Assembly (NCBI GenBank): GCA_030295235.1
Contig: AP026136.1
Span: 806,001 to 870,000, forward strand
Reading direction: 5' to 3'
From: Fistulifera solaris
Taxonomy: Eukaryota
Length of the DNA: 64,000 nt
Part shown: positions 44,022 to 56,322 of the stretch, piece after piece
Position numbering within the stretch: the first letter of the stretch is position 1
How the letters are laid out: each line of letters opens with the position of its first letter
Notes under the pieces: model-generated
What the model was told of the DNA's origin: nothing
Seen by the model: only the letters and a program-made list of their open reading frames with translations
Database searches by the model: none
Made by a program: the position numbers and the translations under genes

Positions 44022-47000
44022 ATGATCCGCATGTTACAGCCCATAATGAACGAAACACTTCAACAATGCCGACAAAGTTCGCCTACCCGGACGCCAGATA
44101 ATGATCGTATTCTAGCAGGGCTTTGCGATGCCGCACGAAATAACGACGCTAGCTCGGTTGCAAAATCTTTGGGTCTTCGAAGACGATCGTCCCCTTCGGT
44201 TCATTCCCTCTTCTGCTTCAGGATCAAACAGTGATCCTTCACGTGGAAAATTTGATCTTTACGGATTCTTTTCACTTGATTTTCAAAGCTCTTTTAATGG
44301 CACCAACGGCTTACGATACGCCTTGGCATGCTGCGTTGAGAGTGGTCTCCAATTTACAAAAATCAAACCACCAACCCGGCATCCCAGAGCTCATACAGAT
44401 GGCTGCTTTAGAAATTCAAACCTTTCTTCAACAAAATGTTGCTTTCTGGTTGAATGAGGACAGAAAACAGTCGCTGTCTACCAATTCGTCTCCGCGACAG
44501 CCGTCTGCTTCGGACGAAAGTATATCAACGCCTGGTGATTGGATGATTCAATTGGCGAATTGCGTCATGATGCCTTTACGAAATCAAGGCGATCAATCAC
44601 AGAAGAATGCTTCTTCAGCAGAGAGTGACTGGGAACCAGCATTGGGAATTGTCTCATGTCTTGTCGTCCTGACAGAGCACTTAGACTTGAGGCTGCATCA
44701 TGCTCTCCTTGACGTGGTGGCCAAGCCGATTGATGCAAACTGTTTGATGCCCTTTGTTCGACTCGTGGTTGATATTCGCTGTTTCTTTCGGGAACAGGAT
44801 TGGAGGTTTCTATTTGCTCAATTGCAAGGGTCGCTAGCGGATCCATTCTCAAACAACGCCTTACCCTTTCTTATGGAATGTGTCTTAAAACTGAACACTG
44901 AGCTGCTTTACAAATTCGACATTTCATTTGCTTCTTTATGGCGTGTCATCGTTTTCCAAATCATGATGTTGGCGTCTGGAAATGCATCGACTTTTGGCTC
45001 CGTCGAACGTACGATATCGACTTATGTATCGTCGCTTTCCGGCGTGACACAGTGCCAACTGATTTCCGCTTTGCGAAAGGGCGATCATCCTGAAGAAGAC
45101 AAGCATCCCCGCTGGCTAGAGGCATGCATGCTGCTTCAACTCACCGACGCAACATCTCGGTCTAAGTCCGAATTAGTGTCCCACATGTTGAAGAGGTCGT
45201 TTCCTCAAAGTTCGAGAATCAAGTCAAGACGTGATTCGAATTTAGGATCAAATCTGCTTGAAGATATCTTTGCTTTGACCGACTGTGGGGCTTCACTGGA
45301 TCTGGTCGAGAACGATTGGCTTTCACTTTTTCGAGATCTGAAGTACGAAGGGAAAGGACAGTTTGTTGGGGAAAATAGTCCTCAATCTGCGCTAGTAAAT
45401 GCCTGTGGATCTCTCGTATGGGAAACTATTTGTCTCGGTGGTTCTAGCTTTGGCAACTGCGCTGAAACAAGAAGAATTGAGGCTTGGATCAACTGTTGTG
45501 TTCAAGTATTAGGCGATTCTAATTCTTCCCACCGAAGACTTTTTACGGCGCTCGCCGCTTTGACGACAATATTTTGTGAGTTACCAGACTTTCAATCAAA
45601 GCTAAAAGATCTCATAGTTCACTGTTTCGACCAAATAGATGGCTGTGAGGAGTCAACAACAGAACGCGCGGTTCTTTACTGCTTGCTGTTGTCCAAGTTG
45701 TCACAAAGTGACCCTATAAACCACCTTAAAGCCATGCAAGGCGTCGAGAGCATCGTATCCACTCCCATGACATTCAACTTGTTTATGGATGTTGTTGATG
45801 CCATAGTCGATCGACCTTACGGCCGCGAAAAGCTGCTGTTTGTGTCACGCTCTTATTTGGATGGTCTCTCTTCCGATGACGCGTACGCTTCGTTCCAAGC
45901 GAACGTATCGGCCTCAAACTTATTGAAGTGCGGTCTACATGGACTCCTTGCTTTAATCTCTGTTCCTGATTGGAATGACCTTGAGGAGGATGCATGGGGT
46001 ATTCTATCAAATTTTATCGTCGAAAACCAACCCAGGTATACTGCTACACACCGTACTTGGTTCTATGAGCACGTTCGTCGACATATCCAAAGCCACTCCT
46101 TGCCTTCTTTGTCTGCAGAACACCTGCTACGCAGCAGCATCGCTCGTCTCCTTGTGTTTTATGTTTCACCAGATGACAAAACGTTATACCTGGCACCTGA
46201 ACGCGTTTTTTATTTCAACAAGGTGAATACTGACGAAGTCAATATGGTCGAAGATGTAATTAGTCTTGTCGGACTCGCGATGGATCTTCTACACTTTCTC
46301 GCGGTTGAGATGAAACACGTCGAAGTCAGAGATACCATCGGTATAGTTTATCAGGGCTTAATTCGTGAAATCGATTTGAAAGGTGCTGATATGAGCCCGA
46401 GCAACATTTGCTCGAGTGTTTTGTCGGCTGTTAAACTCGGGCAGGCTTCCATTTATGCAGTCGCTCTTGTGTGCTTGATTGCCATTGACCTGGAGATGCC
46501 ACATGCCATTCCTTCCCCTTTGGACCGCATGTCGTGCATTTCTGTTCAAGATTTGATGACGTTGAATGCCGACGAGGAACGTTCAAAATTGAAAAATTTA
46601 AACATAAAGTGGGATGAATATACAACGCATAGCAATACGAACATTGCTCCGGAAATGAAGCATGCTGCGATTACGCTACGTATGCAAGTCACTGATGTTC
46701 TACTCGATTTTGTTTTTGGTCCTAGGTGGAAAGAGACTAGGGTTTCGTACCAAAGTGAAATTCTTGTTCAGCGACTGAGCGCGATTTTGACATTGAAACG
46801 TCAATGGAAAGTTGAAGTACCAAGGAAGCAGTTGAAGACGTCCGCTACGCATAGCGAAGTCGGCATATGTACTTGCGACCACTTGCTCAGCGTAATGCTC
46901 CCCTCGATCGATGAGATAATCCAGTTTGATTGCTCACTGGGTAAAATCGATAGTGTTCTCTCGGTAGTGTTGGATATTTGTGAGCTGCTTAAGGGAGCAA

Positions 47001-48905
47001 TTGGAGCAGTCTCTGACAAAAAGTTGCACCTTCTTTGCTTAGAGAGTATCCGCTCTCTTTACCTCATTCTTTGTGCTGAGTCCAAGTGCTGCGAACTTAT
47101 TGTACGGATCGAGAAAATACTAAGTACCAAAACGACCATGGATGAACACAGACAGCAACTTTTTGTCTCAACTCCGTAAAGCATGAAGACGACATAGATG
47201 ATTTTGTTCGATATCTTCGCTGTTCAATACTTGGGGTCATTATCAGCGTTTTTGAACCTTCGTTGAATGAACACATTTATACTTCAGCCGTTGTCAGCCC
47301 TCACCACAAACTACGCCTTCTGGAAACAATTTATAGCCTTCTAGATGCATTCTGCAATGACATGCTCTCTGGTTTGCAAGGTAAAAGCGGTGGATTAACG
47401 TACGAACTTTTCGAATTGCTGCTTAATGCTGCCGAGACCGCTGTTTACCAGCTTCAGAGTTTAGAACAGTCTTACTCTATCATGGCTACAAAATCATCCA
47501 CAAGAGCTATCGATCTAAGCGGAGCGATGAGCGCTTTGGAAGAGATTCTTCAAACGACATCTTTCTCCCAGAGAAATGTTCACAAAAAGATGTTCTCGCT
47601 AGCAGCTGAGACTCTTCCTCGTTTTTACCGTTCTATCTCGCGATTTTACATATGCTGCAAACCGGTTGTGCTTATGGCTGGTCCCCTTCTCAAACACAAA
47701 CTTTTAAATGGAGCTGCTGCTTTTATACAAGCAATTGGTTTTCAGCTCGACACTCTTCAAGTGCATTCTTTGTGGAAAGACGATTTTTTGTTGACATGGA
47801 AGACGATTGTTCGACATGTTCGGGAAAGCCCAGAGACTACTGCTCTAAGAGTGGAAGAGAAAACGTTGATACAGCAAGTCCAAGCACTAAGACAATTCCA
47901 GCCGAATGTCCAGCAGCATCTAGGGAATTAGTAGTGCAGATTTTTGATTCGAAATCTTGGACATGGACAATGAGTTCGTCTCTACATGCTATCCTCGTTT
48001 TCATGGAAGATTTTCGCGCATCACTTGATATGAAAACGCGGGTTCATAAAGGTCCAAGTATCAGGCAATTCATAAGAGCACGAACGGTTGAGATGAATGG
48101 TATCTTTGTGGCTTTGAACTGCGTTCTAGATTTGTCTGACACAGGACCTAAAGCAAGCGGAGATACACATACAATCAAAGCGATGGTTCTCCCTTCCAAT
48201 CTCAAAATGAAAATCTGCTGTGTTCTCGATTGTGTTGCCTCTACTTCGATGAAGTCTTTGAAACTGATTCAGGATCTGGCACGTGATGTCTTAAATGAAA
48301 ACACACAAGCAATGTCTTTGGCGGTGACAGAGGCTTTGAGCTTTATAGTCAGCTGGCTCTCTTATTCTCGATCGGAAACGCTAGATATCTATCACAAAGC
48401 TCGACGCTGGCGTCATCTAGAGACTCTTCATTGTAACGAAGATGCTAGACAAAATGGGCTCGCTTCGGATAATAGCGTCACTCTCAGGTTACGTAAAACA
48501 GAAATGCGCATGGATGAGTCCGAGGGGATGTTACACAAAGTGCTGGCATTCATGCAAAATTGTAAAGAGAAGCGAAGTTGCAATCGAGACGAATTCCAGT
48601 TATTTTTAATGGAATACATCGATTGTGACTTGGTTGAGTTATTGGAACACAAGTCCACTCAACTCACACAAGGCCATGCTGTTATTGAACATCAGTTCGG
48701 TCCAGCAGAATGTGAAGAAATTAAGAAAAAGCGAAAGATAACCGAGAACATGAAACGACGCCTGAACAAAGAACGCCGTCGGCGAACTCTTCGAAGCCGA
48801 AACGAAGTAGTGGACAAGTGGCTACAAATTGACCGCGTCACGGGCGACGAAATGGTGGAAGACGATGCATTTGCCGATCTCGAAGACTTTTTGGTAGACG
48901 GTTAA
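44022..48905 (+). CDS. Very large (~1600 aa) hypothetical alpha-helical protein; frameshifts near 44163, 47162, 47786
   Basis: Four consecutive ORFs join by single-base shifts. Leu/Cys-rich helical composition. Basic tail followed by LRSRNEVVDKWL...DDAFADLEDFLVDG. Confidence 0.6.
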
Positions 48906-49027
48906 ACACCTCATGTACAAGACAGCGGCAATTAAATTTTGTAATAAAAGTCTAATAAAGTACGCATTATAGACCCTCCATCGTTTGTCCTATTTTCAAT
49001 CTAATGATGTCCGTTCAAATTAGTCAA

Positions 49028-50128
49028 CTATGATGTTTTATTGTCTGGCATGGTCAAAGCTTTTGTCGCGTTCCCGGAGTCAGCAACAGCCTTCATCGCG
49101 GTTGCTGCTTGCGCCAAGAGTGAGTTCATATCCGCAGGTCGATCATTGAATAAAATAGTATTGCTTTGCTTGCCCATTTCGCCATACATGGCAACATAAT
49201 CTCGGGCCAGCGCCAGTTGGGCAGCTTCCTGACCACCTGGCTTTAATAGTTCCGCTGATATCTTTCTCAAGGCGTCCGCTTGAGCACTAGCGATCAATTG
49301 AATGGCAGCCGCTTGACCTTCTGCCTCCAATAATCGTTTCGTCTTTTCTGCTTGCGCTTCATTCGAAATTTTGATCAAGTTACCCTCTGATTCGTTCGTT
49401 AGACTAATTTTGACACCTTCCGACTCAAGCTCTGCACGTCGCTTTTCTCCCTCAGCTCGGAGGACTTGTTCTCTTCGGGCACGTTCGGCAGCCGCCTGCT
49501 TGTCCATGGCCACACGAATCTGCTGATCCGGCGTAATCTCGGTAATTTCGTACCTTCGGATTTCGATTCCCCAAGGCTCCGCCGCTTCTTGCAAACTTCC
49601 CTTAATCAATGCATTGAGCCGAGCCCTGCCGTGCAAAATTTCGTCCAATTCCATTTCTCCGATAGCGGAACGCATCGCCGATTGGGCGTGCTGTGTGACC
49701 GAATACAACGGATTAAAGGCACCGTACGCCGCCTTTTGTGGATCCAGGAATCGTAAAAACAAATTACCGGATACTTCAACGGAAACGTTATCCCGCGTAA
49801 TCGCGGCTTGCGGAACAATATCGAGCGCTCGTTCACGAACATCTACCACATACGCAATTCGATCAATCAAGGGAATGGCCCAGAAAAATCCCGAATCATG
49901 AATGGCGTGTAGTTTCCCGAGACGTTCGACGACGTATTGATGTCCTTGCGGCACGATATTGAATACAGTATTCGTCTTGGTGACAGGCCAGTTCCAAATG
50001 GAATCACTTCCGAGATTTCTTCCACCAAAACCTTCCAGTTGGTAGGAAGAGAAGGCACGAAACGAGGAAGGATGAGATTGTAGTTTGCGAATGAGAGTAG
50101 TGGTAGTTGCGGTGCGCATTTTTATCAT
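49028..50128 (-). CDS. STOML2: Stomatin-like protein 2 (SPFH/Band-7), mitochondrial
   Basis: Mitochondrial presequence. IVPQG..YVVERLGK, Q.AITRDNVSVEV, AQSAMRSAIGEMELD, PWGIEIRRYEI, QAAAERARR, LA..YV..YGEMGKQSNTI. Confidence 0.92.
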   Translation of the reverse strand: MIKMRTATTTTLIRKLQSHPSSFRAFSSYQLEGFGGRNLGSDSIWNWPVTKTNTVFNIVPQGHQYVVERLGKLHAIHDSGFFWAIPLIDRIAYVVDVRERALDIVPQAAITRDNVSVEVSGNLFLRFLDPQKAAYGAFNPLYSVTQHAQSAMRSAIGEMELDEILHGRARLNALIKGSLQEAAEPWGIEIRRYEITEITPDQQIRVAMDKQAAAERARREQVLRAEGEKRRAELESEGVKISLTNESEGNLIKISNEAQAEKTKRLLEAEGQAAAIQLIASAQADALRKISAELLKPGGQEAAQLALARDYVAMYGEMGKQSNTILFNDRPADMNSLLAQAATAMKAVADSGNATKALTMPDNKTS

Positions 50129-50567
50129 TTTTCAAACTTTGCGGCTGGATCCAGCTATTCGATTGATTCACGACAACAAATATATAGTAGAATTTATAGT
50201 TGATTCTCTCACTTTGTTGCAAATGCGATGATTATGATTGTTTGATGTTGTTTGCTTTCATCATTATTATTTCCTCTCGACGATGTTCTCAACGAGCGGA
50301 TGGTGAGTCAGGACGTCATGCCCTTGTCACTGTAGCCACGAAAGTGAGTTTGGGTTACCGTTCCGACTTAAAGTAGCAACATCTCAACTATTCAACGGTA
50401 CTGAAACTTGCAGACACCCCACGAAAGATCTCCGCTTCCTTTGGTGGGACTGTATGCAACGCGATGAAGCTTTCTCATTATACTTGTACTTCTAATCAAT
50501 CTTTGTGACGCTTTTCTACTCTCTTCATTTTCCTGTTTCACGTGAATTAGGCTTTTTTCATGTCGCG

Positions 50568-51398
50568 ATGCGAGCTGAAAGAATGCTCAAGAAGATTAGT
50601 TTCGTTCTAGTTCTTCTTGTGCAGGTGCTTCACATCGACGGTTTTGCTTCAACTCGTCTTCTTCGGCATAACAAGCGATGCTCTATACGTTCTTCTTGCC
50701 AACAATTTCTCTCCATCGACGATCTAAAAATAACAGAATCAGTTACCGATTCTCTTTCGTTTCTGACGGCGAACCCTTCTGTTGTTGCCAGCAGTCTCGC
50801 CCTGACCGGCAGCTTACTGTACGCTACGACACGGCCACCCCAACGACTAATTGACGACAACACTTTACAGGCAATTCTAGAAAACACTTACATGGAAAAG
50901 CAACAACAGAAAGGCACACTGCAGTGTCTTTATAAAGCAACACGTGATGGTTGGAAGGCGAATGCATTTCATGGCAAAGTCGACTTTGCTGGATCCGGAG
51001 TTGTGGTAGTGCAGGCACAAGGAAAAGTGTTCGGAGGCTATAATCCCAACGGCTGGCGATCGACGGACGACTATACCACGTCCACGACGGCGTTTTTGTT
51101 CCGGGTCGTAAGCTCGGGACGGGTCGAAAAGTATAAAGTGCAGGCGAATGGGCCCGCACTTTTTGATTACGCGAGTGCCGGTCCATGTTTTGGAACCACC
51201 GATTTGTTGATCGGCCCACCACAAGCGGCCGTTTTGGGGGGTTTCGCGGGGCCGAATATGGAAAATGAACCACCCGGCAGTCTGCAAGTGGCTACTATCT
51301 TGCCGGGACAAACGTACGATACCGACGCTCGATGGAATGTGCGGGGTTACAAGATTCGCTTGCAAGAAGTGGAAGTGTATTGTTCAGTAGAGAGATGA
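50568..51398 (+). CDS. TLDc-domain protein, probably plastid-targeted
   Basis: Signal peptide plus IDG-FAS cleavage. LYKATRDGWKANAFHGKVD, VFGGYNP.GW, AFLF, GPCFG..DL, LQEVEVY. Confidence 0.85.
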   Translation: MRAERMLKKISFVLVLLVQVLHIDGFASTRLLRHNKRCSIRSSCQQFLSIDDLKITESVTDSLSFLTANPSVVASSLALTGSLLYATTRPPQRLIDDNTLQAILENTYMEKQQQKGTLQCLYKATRDGWKANAFHGKVDFAGSGVVVVQAQGKVFGGYNPNGWRSTDDYTTSTTAFLFRVVSSGRVEKYKVQANGPALFDYASAGPCFGTTDLLIGPPQAAVLGGFAGPNMENEPPGSLQVATILPGQTYDTDARWNVRGYKIRLQEVEVYCSVER

Positions 51399-51871
51399 AG
51401 TTGTTTGGAGTTTGGAATAGAATAACATTCAGCTAAATTCAAGACATAAACTCACATGGGTATACTATAACATGTAATATTCTAACTACTACTAACAAGT
51501 AGCTGTATGTTCACAACACCAAACTTGGAAATGTCGTAGCAGTAGTAAGTATTCACATTTAAAAACGTATCCGGTACCCGTTTACGTAATGTGAAACCTG
51601 ATAAACGGAGTGGACTCGACCGTACGGGCGAGGACGATTTTGTCGTTATCGTTATGATGTACTTCTTTGACAATTGCTTGCCTTGATTGCGAGTTTTGCG
51701 TGTTTCAGCGAATATCTTTTTATCTCATGGGAAACTCACAGCAATAAAGGGTGGGAGATACACGAAATGTCAGACATATGAGGTCTATCCGAAAGAGTTG
51801 ACGGTAGACATCAAAGGTTATTGATTTGCGGTTTGCATCTTTCGTCGCCCTGTAGCTAATTTGCAGCAAAG

Positions 51872-52207
51872 ATGTTTGCTCGTGCAAGTCGCCATTTTCG
51901 ACAGTTACAAAGAACACGGTGTCGATGGAACCAATCAGAAGCATTATCGTCGGAAAGCAAAACGTATCTGCACATCGGACCGTCCGGAGATTGCTGGACT
52001 GGCCCCAGCCTCTTTGCTGCAAAGCATTTGACACCCGATTATGTGAAAAGCATATCTTTAGTTACATTGGACGAGGATGCAATCACACGACTCTTAGATC
52101 TATTGCATGAGGAACCGGAATGGTGCTCCAAAATGTACGACTCCCAACAATTGCCGGATGAAGTCTTGTCGCGCGTCACAAGCAAGATTGTGGAAAAGAC
52201 GAAATAA
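51872..52207 (+). CDS. Small hypothetical protein with a mitochondrial-type presequence
   Basis: Arg-rich N-terminus MFARASRHFRQLQRTRCRW. Conserved-looking core HIGPSGDCWTGPSLFAAKHLTPDYVKS. Confidence 0.55.
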   Translation: MFARASRHFRQLQRTRCRWNQSEALSSESKTYLHIGPSGDCWTGPSLFAAKHLTPDYVKSISLVTLDEDAITRLLDLLHEEPEWCSKMYDSQQLPDEVLSRVTSKIVEKTK

Positions 52208-52500
52208 ATACGCTATCATAGCAGTTTGAACAGCTGTGCAAGTTGGTCGAATGCCTGAATGAAAGAAGCGAATATCGTTACTGATGGTCTGGCAATTAGA
52301 GAAATACGGTGTAGCAAAACTGCAGAGACCTTGACCCATGAAAAAGTTGAAGAAAAGCAACGAAATTTGCCCGCGCCTGTATTACGTACTAAATTAAAAT
52401 TCCGAATGTTTCTGGTGCTAGAGCTAGTCTGCTAATCAATTACCAGCAATCACATGAATAATCATCAAGTCGGCAAACCAGTTTGGAGCTCGTATTCTAT

Positions 52501-52728
52501 TAATTCATGACTGAAAAGCAGTCGTGGTTGCTGAGAACGAATACTAGGAGCCCTAATAAAACGGTAAAAGACCGGTTTGGCAACATTTCAACCATGAATA
52601 AACGATGCCATTGTGCGAGTAACCTTCAAAATGTTTATGCACATACGGCTATAATTCGGCGGAAGTTAAGGAGCATGGACTTGCTTAATTTCCCCTTTGA
52701 TTTAATTCATGACTGAAAGGCAGTCGTA
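52501..52728 (-). repeat. Two direct copies of the MITE-family hairpin core, 202 bp apart
   Basis: TAATTCATGACTGAAA(A/G)GCAGTCGT at 52501-52525 and 52703-52727 (24/25 identical). It is the reverse complement of the 4959-4981 core. Confidence 0.75.
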
Positions 52729-53083
52729 CTTGAGTGTCGCCTACACCGTAGGTTATAGTAACAAAGAGAGACCTCATCCTTATTGGATTTGCAACGCATT
52801 TGCGCCGCGCATTCGAAAAAGACCGTTGCCGTTATTATTGTTTGGTATTCGTTGTTCTTGAAAGGAAAGCCATTTGATCATCTCTACAGAATATTTTCTC
52901 TTTTATCACATCTCATAACGACAAAGCTATTGTGGGTGAAGACACTTGAGATTCAGCGTGTTGTACTTTTTTGGAATTACCGTTTTGCGAACGAACGCAA
53001 ACCACGATTATATTGATAGTCACTGAACGCCATTCACGCACGCATGCACAAGTTGATCTCATTTTACAGTCAATGTGAGAGTC

Positions 53084-54625
53084 ATGTCATTAAAAGCTTC
53101 TATCGGGTCGAGCAGTCCCTTTCGCTTGGCTTCCAATAACAATACACGCCTAGCCGTGAATGCCCCGACCCAAATTTCTTCATCATCGTTCTCCGAACAA
53201 AAATACCAGCATTTATACGTATTACCGGTATTGCTCTTGGAGTTTCTCGCCATTGCTCTCACACGAGCCATTCTACCGGGTCTACTGCTACAAAAATACG
53301 GAGATAGTGTCTATTTGGTCATGGGGTGTACAGAGTGCGTGCGAGGTCTGTTAGCATTTCTGGCCTGTCCCTTCTTTGGGAAGCTTTCGGATGTCATTGG
53401 GCGAAAAGTGTGTCTGTTTGTCACGGTCCTGGGGACATGTGCTCCCGTTTGCGTCCTAGCATTCTTTTCTTGGGATACGCAGCAACAACAAACGGAAGAA
53501 AGTAACATGTCCACGAGCACCGACGACAACTTTTGGTCGTCTCTCTTGGACCCAGCCGCCAACGAAGTCGCGATGAGCGCTTTTCATCCCAATGCTGTCA
53601 CTGTCTTTGTTATTCTCCTCGCACTCTCCGGTATTTTTTCGTCCACATTCACACTGGTCTTTGCTTACATATCCGATACGGTGCATCGGCAAGACGAGCG
53701 AGTCTCTGCCTATGGACTCGCACTCGCCACCTTTGGATTGAGCTTCACCATGGGACCCATCGTCGGTGGTTACTTAGCTCAGCAGAACAAACAATACGTC
53801 TTTTTGACTTCGCTACTCCTGACGGTCGTTGATCTTGCTTACATATATTTCATTCTTCCCGAATCTCGGTCCATCGACGTTCCATCGAGTGCAGCAAGTA
53901 CAATATCGCTCATGACGTTAGATCACAACTTTTCTTCGTCCTGGAAGCCATGGGATTCCTTGCGACTGATTGCGACGGATCCATTTTTACGGAAAGTAGG
54001 AGAAGTTGCTTTCTTATACTACATTGGGCTGTGGGCCATAATCTCGACCCTATCTGTTTACGCTGTCAAACGATTTCATCTCACACCCGAGCGATTGGGT
54101 GAACTCATGTCCGCGCTAGGATTGTCGACAATGCTAGCGGAAGCCGTTCTGGTTCGCTTTATGGTGCCGTGGCTTGGCGAAAAGAAGGCCATGAAAGTAG
54201 GTCTCGTGTCGTTTGGCCTTCAATGCGTCGTTTTGGGATTTGCCACCGAAGGATGGCATCTCTTTGTATGCGCTATGTTTTCTTTGTTGGGAAACCTGGT
54301 TTACCCGTCACTTTCTTCTCTAGTTAGTGGAAGCGTAGAACCTGACGCCGTTGGAGAAGCACTGGGTGCCATTAACGGAATCAAAGCACTCACCGAGGGC
54401 ATAGGGCCACTAGTCTTCGGAAGCCTAATGACATTATCCGAAGCATCCCCATTGCCTGGATGGCCATATTTGCTAGCTTCACTTCTTGTGTTTGCTGCTT
54501 ACCGAGTTGCGGACGAATTACCGGATCTGGAGGAAGATGACTATATTCATGAGCTGGAACGAAAACAAAAGGAGGATTCGAACTCTTTGCTCTCGGGCGC
54601 CACCGTCAAAACGATGATGAAGTAG
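53084..54625 (+). CDS. MFS transporter, HIAT1/MFSD14 family
   Basis: GLLAFLACPFFGKLSDVIGRK, GIFSSTFTLVFAYISD, ERVSAYGLALATFGLSFTMGP, LPES, YPSLSSLVS, GAINGIKALTEGIGP, PGWPYL. Confidence 0.9.
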   Translation: MSLKASIGSSSPFRLASNNNTRLAVNAPTQISSSSFSEQKYQHLYVLPVLLLEFLAIALTRAILPGLLLQKYGDSVYLVMGCTECVRGLLAFLACPFFGKLSDVIGRKVCLFVTVLGTCAPVCVLAFFSWDTQQQQTEESNMSTSTDDNFWSSLLDPAANEVAMSAFHPNAVTVFVILLALSGIFSSTFTLVFAYISDTVHRQDERVSAYGLALATFGLSFTMGPIVGGYLAQQNKQYVFLTSLLLTVVDLAYIYFILPESRSIDVPSSAASTISLMTLDHNFSSSWKPWDSLRLIATDPFLRKVGEVAFLYYIGLWAIISTLSVYAVKRFHLTPERLGELMSALGLSTMLAEAVLVRFMVPWLGEKKAMKVGLVSFGLQCVVLGFATEGWHLFVCAMFSLLGNLVYPSLSSLVSGSVEPDAVGEALGAINGIKALTEGIGPLVFGSLMTLSEASPLPGWPYLLASLLVFAAYRVADELPDLEEDDYIHELERKQKEDSNSLLSGATVKTMMK

Positions 54626-55197
54626 AAGGTCTGTTGAGCGAAATTGATGAGTATTCAGATCACGAGGAGACCAGTACACTTTAATCAGTTGCAATACTTG
54701 CCGTAAAATGCAACTGCCTACTATACCGGGCAACGATTTTTGCCTAAACTAAAGGAAGCATCAGAGTCTGGTGACAAGAGTTAAAGATAGAATCATAAGG
54801 CTCAAAGTATCTATTGATAGTTTTGTTCTAATGTAAAAGCCCATCATGATTGTTGAAACTAACAAATCAATCCAATGCAGTCGTCGATCATCATTACCTT
54901 TTTGTCAGTAGCTGCACGGTTCATTCTAAGTTGAAGTCGTACCGCAACTCCAGGACGTAAGAAGAGTGAGACGCGCGCGCGCCACCAAGTGCCCAGTCAT
55001 TAGCTGACTGACGTATGTCATATCTGCAAAAAAACCAACGTGGACCATGGCGGGCGGACGAAAAGACGCCGTTTGGTTTGCGACGTACCTTTCGTTGCGA
55101 CCGTGTCGACCACCGATTAACGACATCTATGTTGTTGGTGATAAAAGAATCGAGTCTTCCATAACCTTTCGTCGCATCAAAATAATCAAAAGATACC

Positions 55198-56094
55198 ATG
55201 AAGTTCACCACTTTTTCTCTCGCCGCCCTATTTGGCTCTGCATCGGCATTCACCGTGTCCGTAAGTGCCGATGGAATATTGTCGAATTTTCGAAACTTGA
55301 TTGCCCTCTCACAAAGAATCTTTCTCTCTTGTCTCCATTTTGATTGTATATCCGTCAAACAACAGCAAAACAGCCCTCGTACTTCTACCTCGTTGAATGT
55401 CTGGGGAGATAAGGACTATTTAATCGCTCCCTCCATTCTTTCCGCTGACTTTGCCCGTCTTGGTGAGGAAGTCGACAACGTCTTGGCCGCTGGAGCCGAT
55501 GTCGTTCACTTCGATGTGATGGATAACCACTACGTACCCAACTTGACCATCGGACCCATGGTGTGCAAGGCTCTTCGTGACCATGGTGTTACGGCTCCTA
55601 TTGATGTTCACTTGATGGTGTCTCCGGTGGACGCTGCTATTACGGACTTTATCGCTGCCGGCGCATCGTACATTACCTTCCACCCGGAAGCCACAAACCA
55701 CGTCGACCGCTCCCTTCAGTTGATCCGAAACGGTGGCTGCAAAGCTGGATTGGTCTTTAACCCGGCTACTTCGTTGGATGCCGCAAAGTATGTCATTGAC
55801 AAGTTAGACATTATCTTGCTCATGTCGGTAAACCCAGGCTTTGGTGGCCAAGCCTTTATTCCGGCCGTCCTGGACAAGGCCCGAGAAGCCCGAAAATTGA
55901 TCGATGAAGCCGGAATTGACTGTCGTTTAGAAATTGACGGAGGTGTCAAGGTCGAAAACATCCGAGAAGTCGCCGAAGCTGGTGTCGACATGATGGTAGC
56001 CGGAAGTGCTATTCTGAAGGAACCCCGAACAATGGAGGCTTACAAGAAAACGATTGATGCCATGCGTGCGGAACTAGCCAAAGTAAAGAAGTAA
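55198..56094 (+). CDS. RPE: Plastid ribulose-phosphate 3-epimerase; intron 55261-55365
   Basis: Bipartite presequence [78 protein letters not shown]. Confidence 0.96.
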   Translation: MKFTTFSLAALFGSASAFTVSVSADGILSNFRNLIALSQRIFLSCLHFDCISVKQQQNSPRTSTSLNVWGDKDYLIAPSILSADFARLGEEVDNVLAAGADVVHFDVMDNHYVPNLTIGPMVCKALRDHGVTAPIDVHLMVSPVDAAITDFIAAGASYITFHPEATNHVDRSLQLIRNGGCKAGLVFNPATSLDAAKYVIDKLDIILLMSVNPGFGGQAFIPAVLDKAREARKLIDEAGIDCRLEIDGGVKVENIREVAEAGVDMMVAGSAILKEPRTMEAYKKTIDAMRAELAKVKK

Positions 56095-56322
56095 ACCACT
56101 TCTGTTGGACCGAAATAAAATACATTGCGTAAGAAAATGATAACCTTGGATAGGTAAATGAAAACATCATACAAACGTTAGAAGCAGTAATATATTTAAT
56201 TAGCCGTAGATCTAGTCACAATCTTTTGGAACATCTACCCCGTAGCATTCGACCGCAGAGTGTGAAAGGCAAGGTGCCTACAGGATCCGATTGTCTCCTC
56301 TGGTAAAAAGCGCGTCGGTCAT

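Noticed and set aside
52501..52728. Repeat-spacer-repeat pattern as a CRISPR array
   Set aside because: Only two copies with a ~177-bp spacer, eukaryotic context and no cas genes. Better explained by the dispersed element family.
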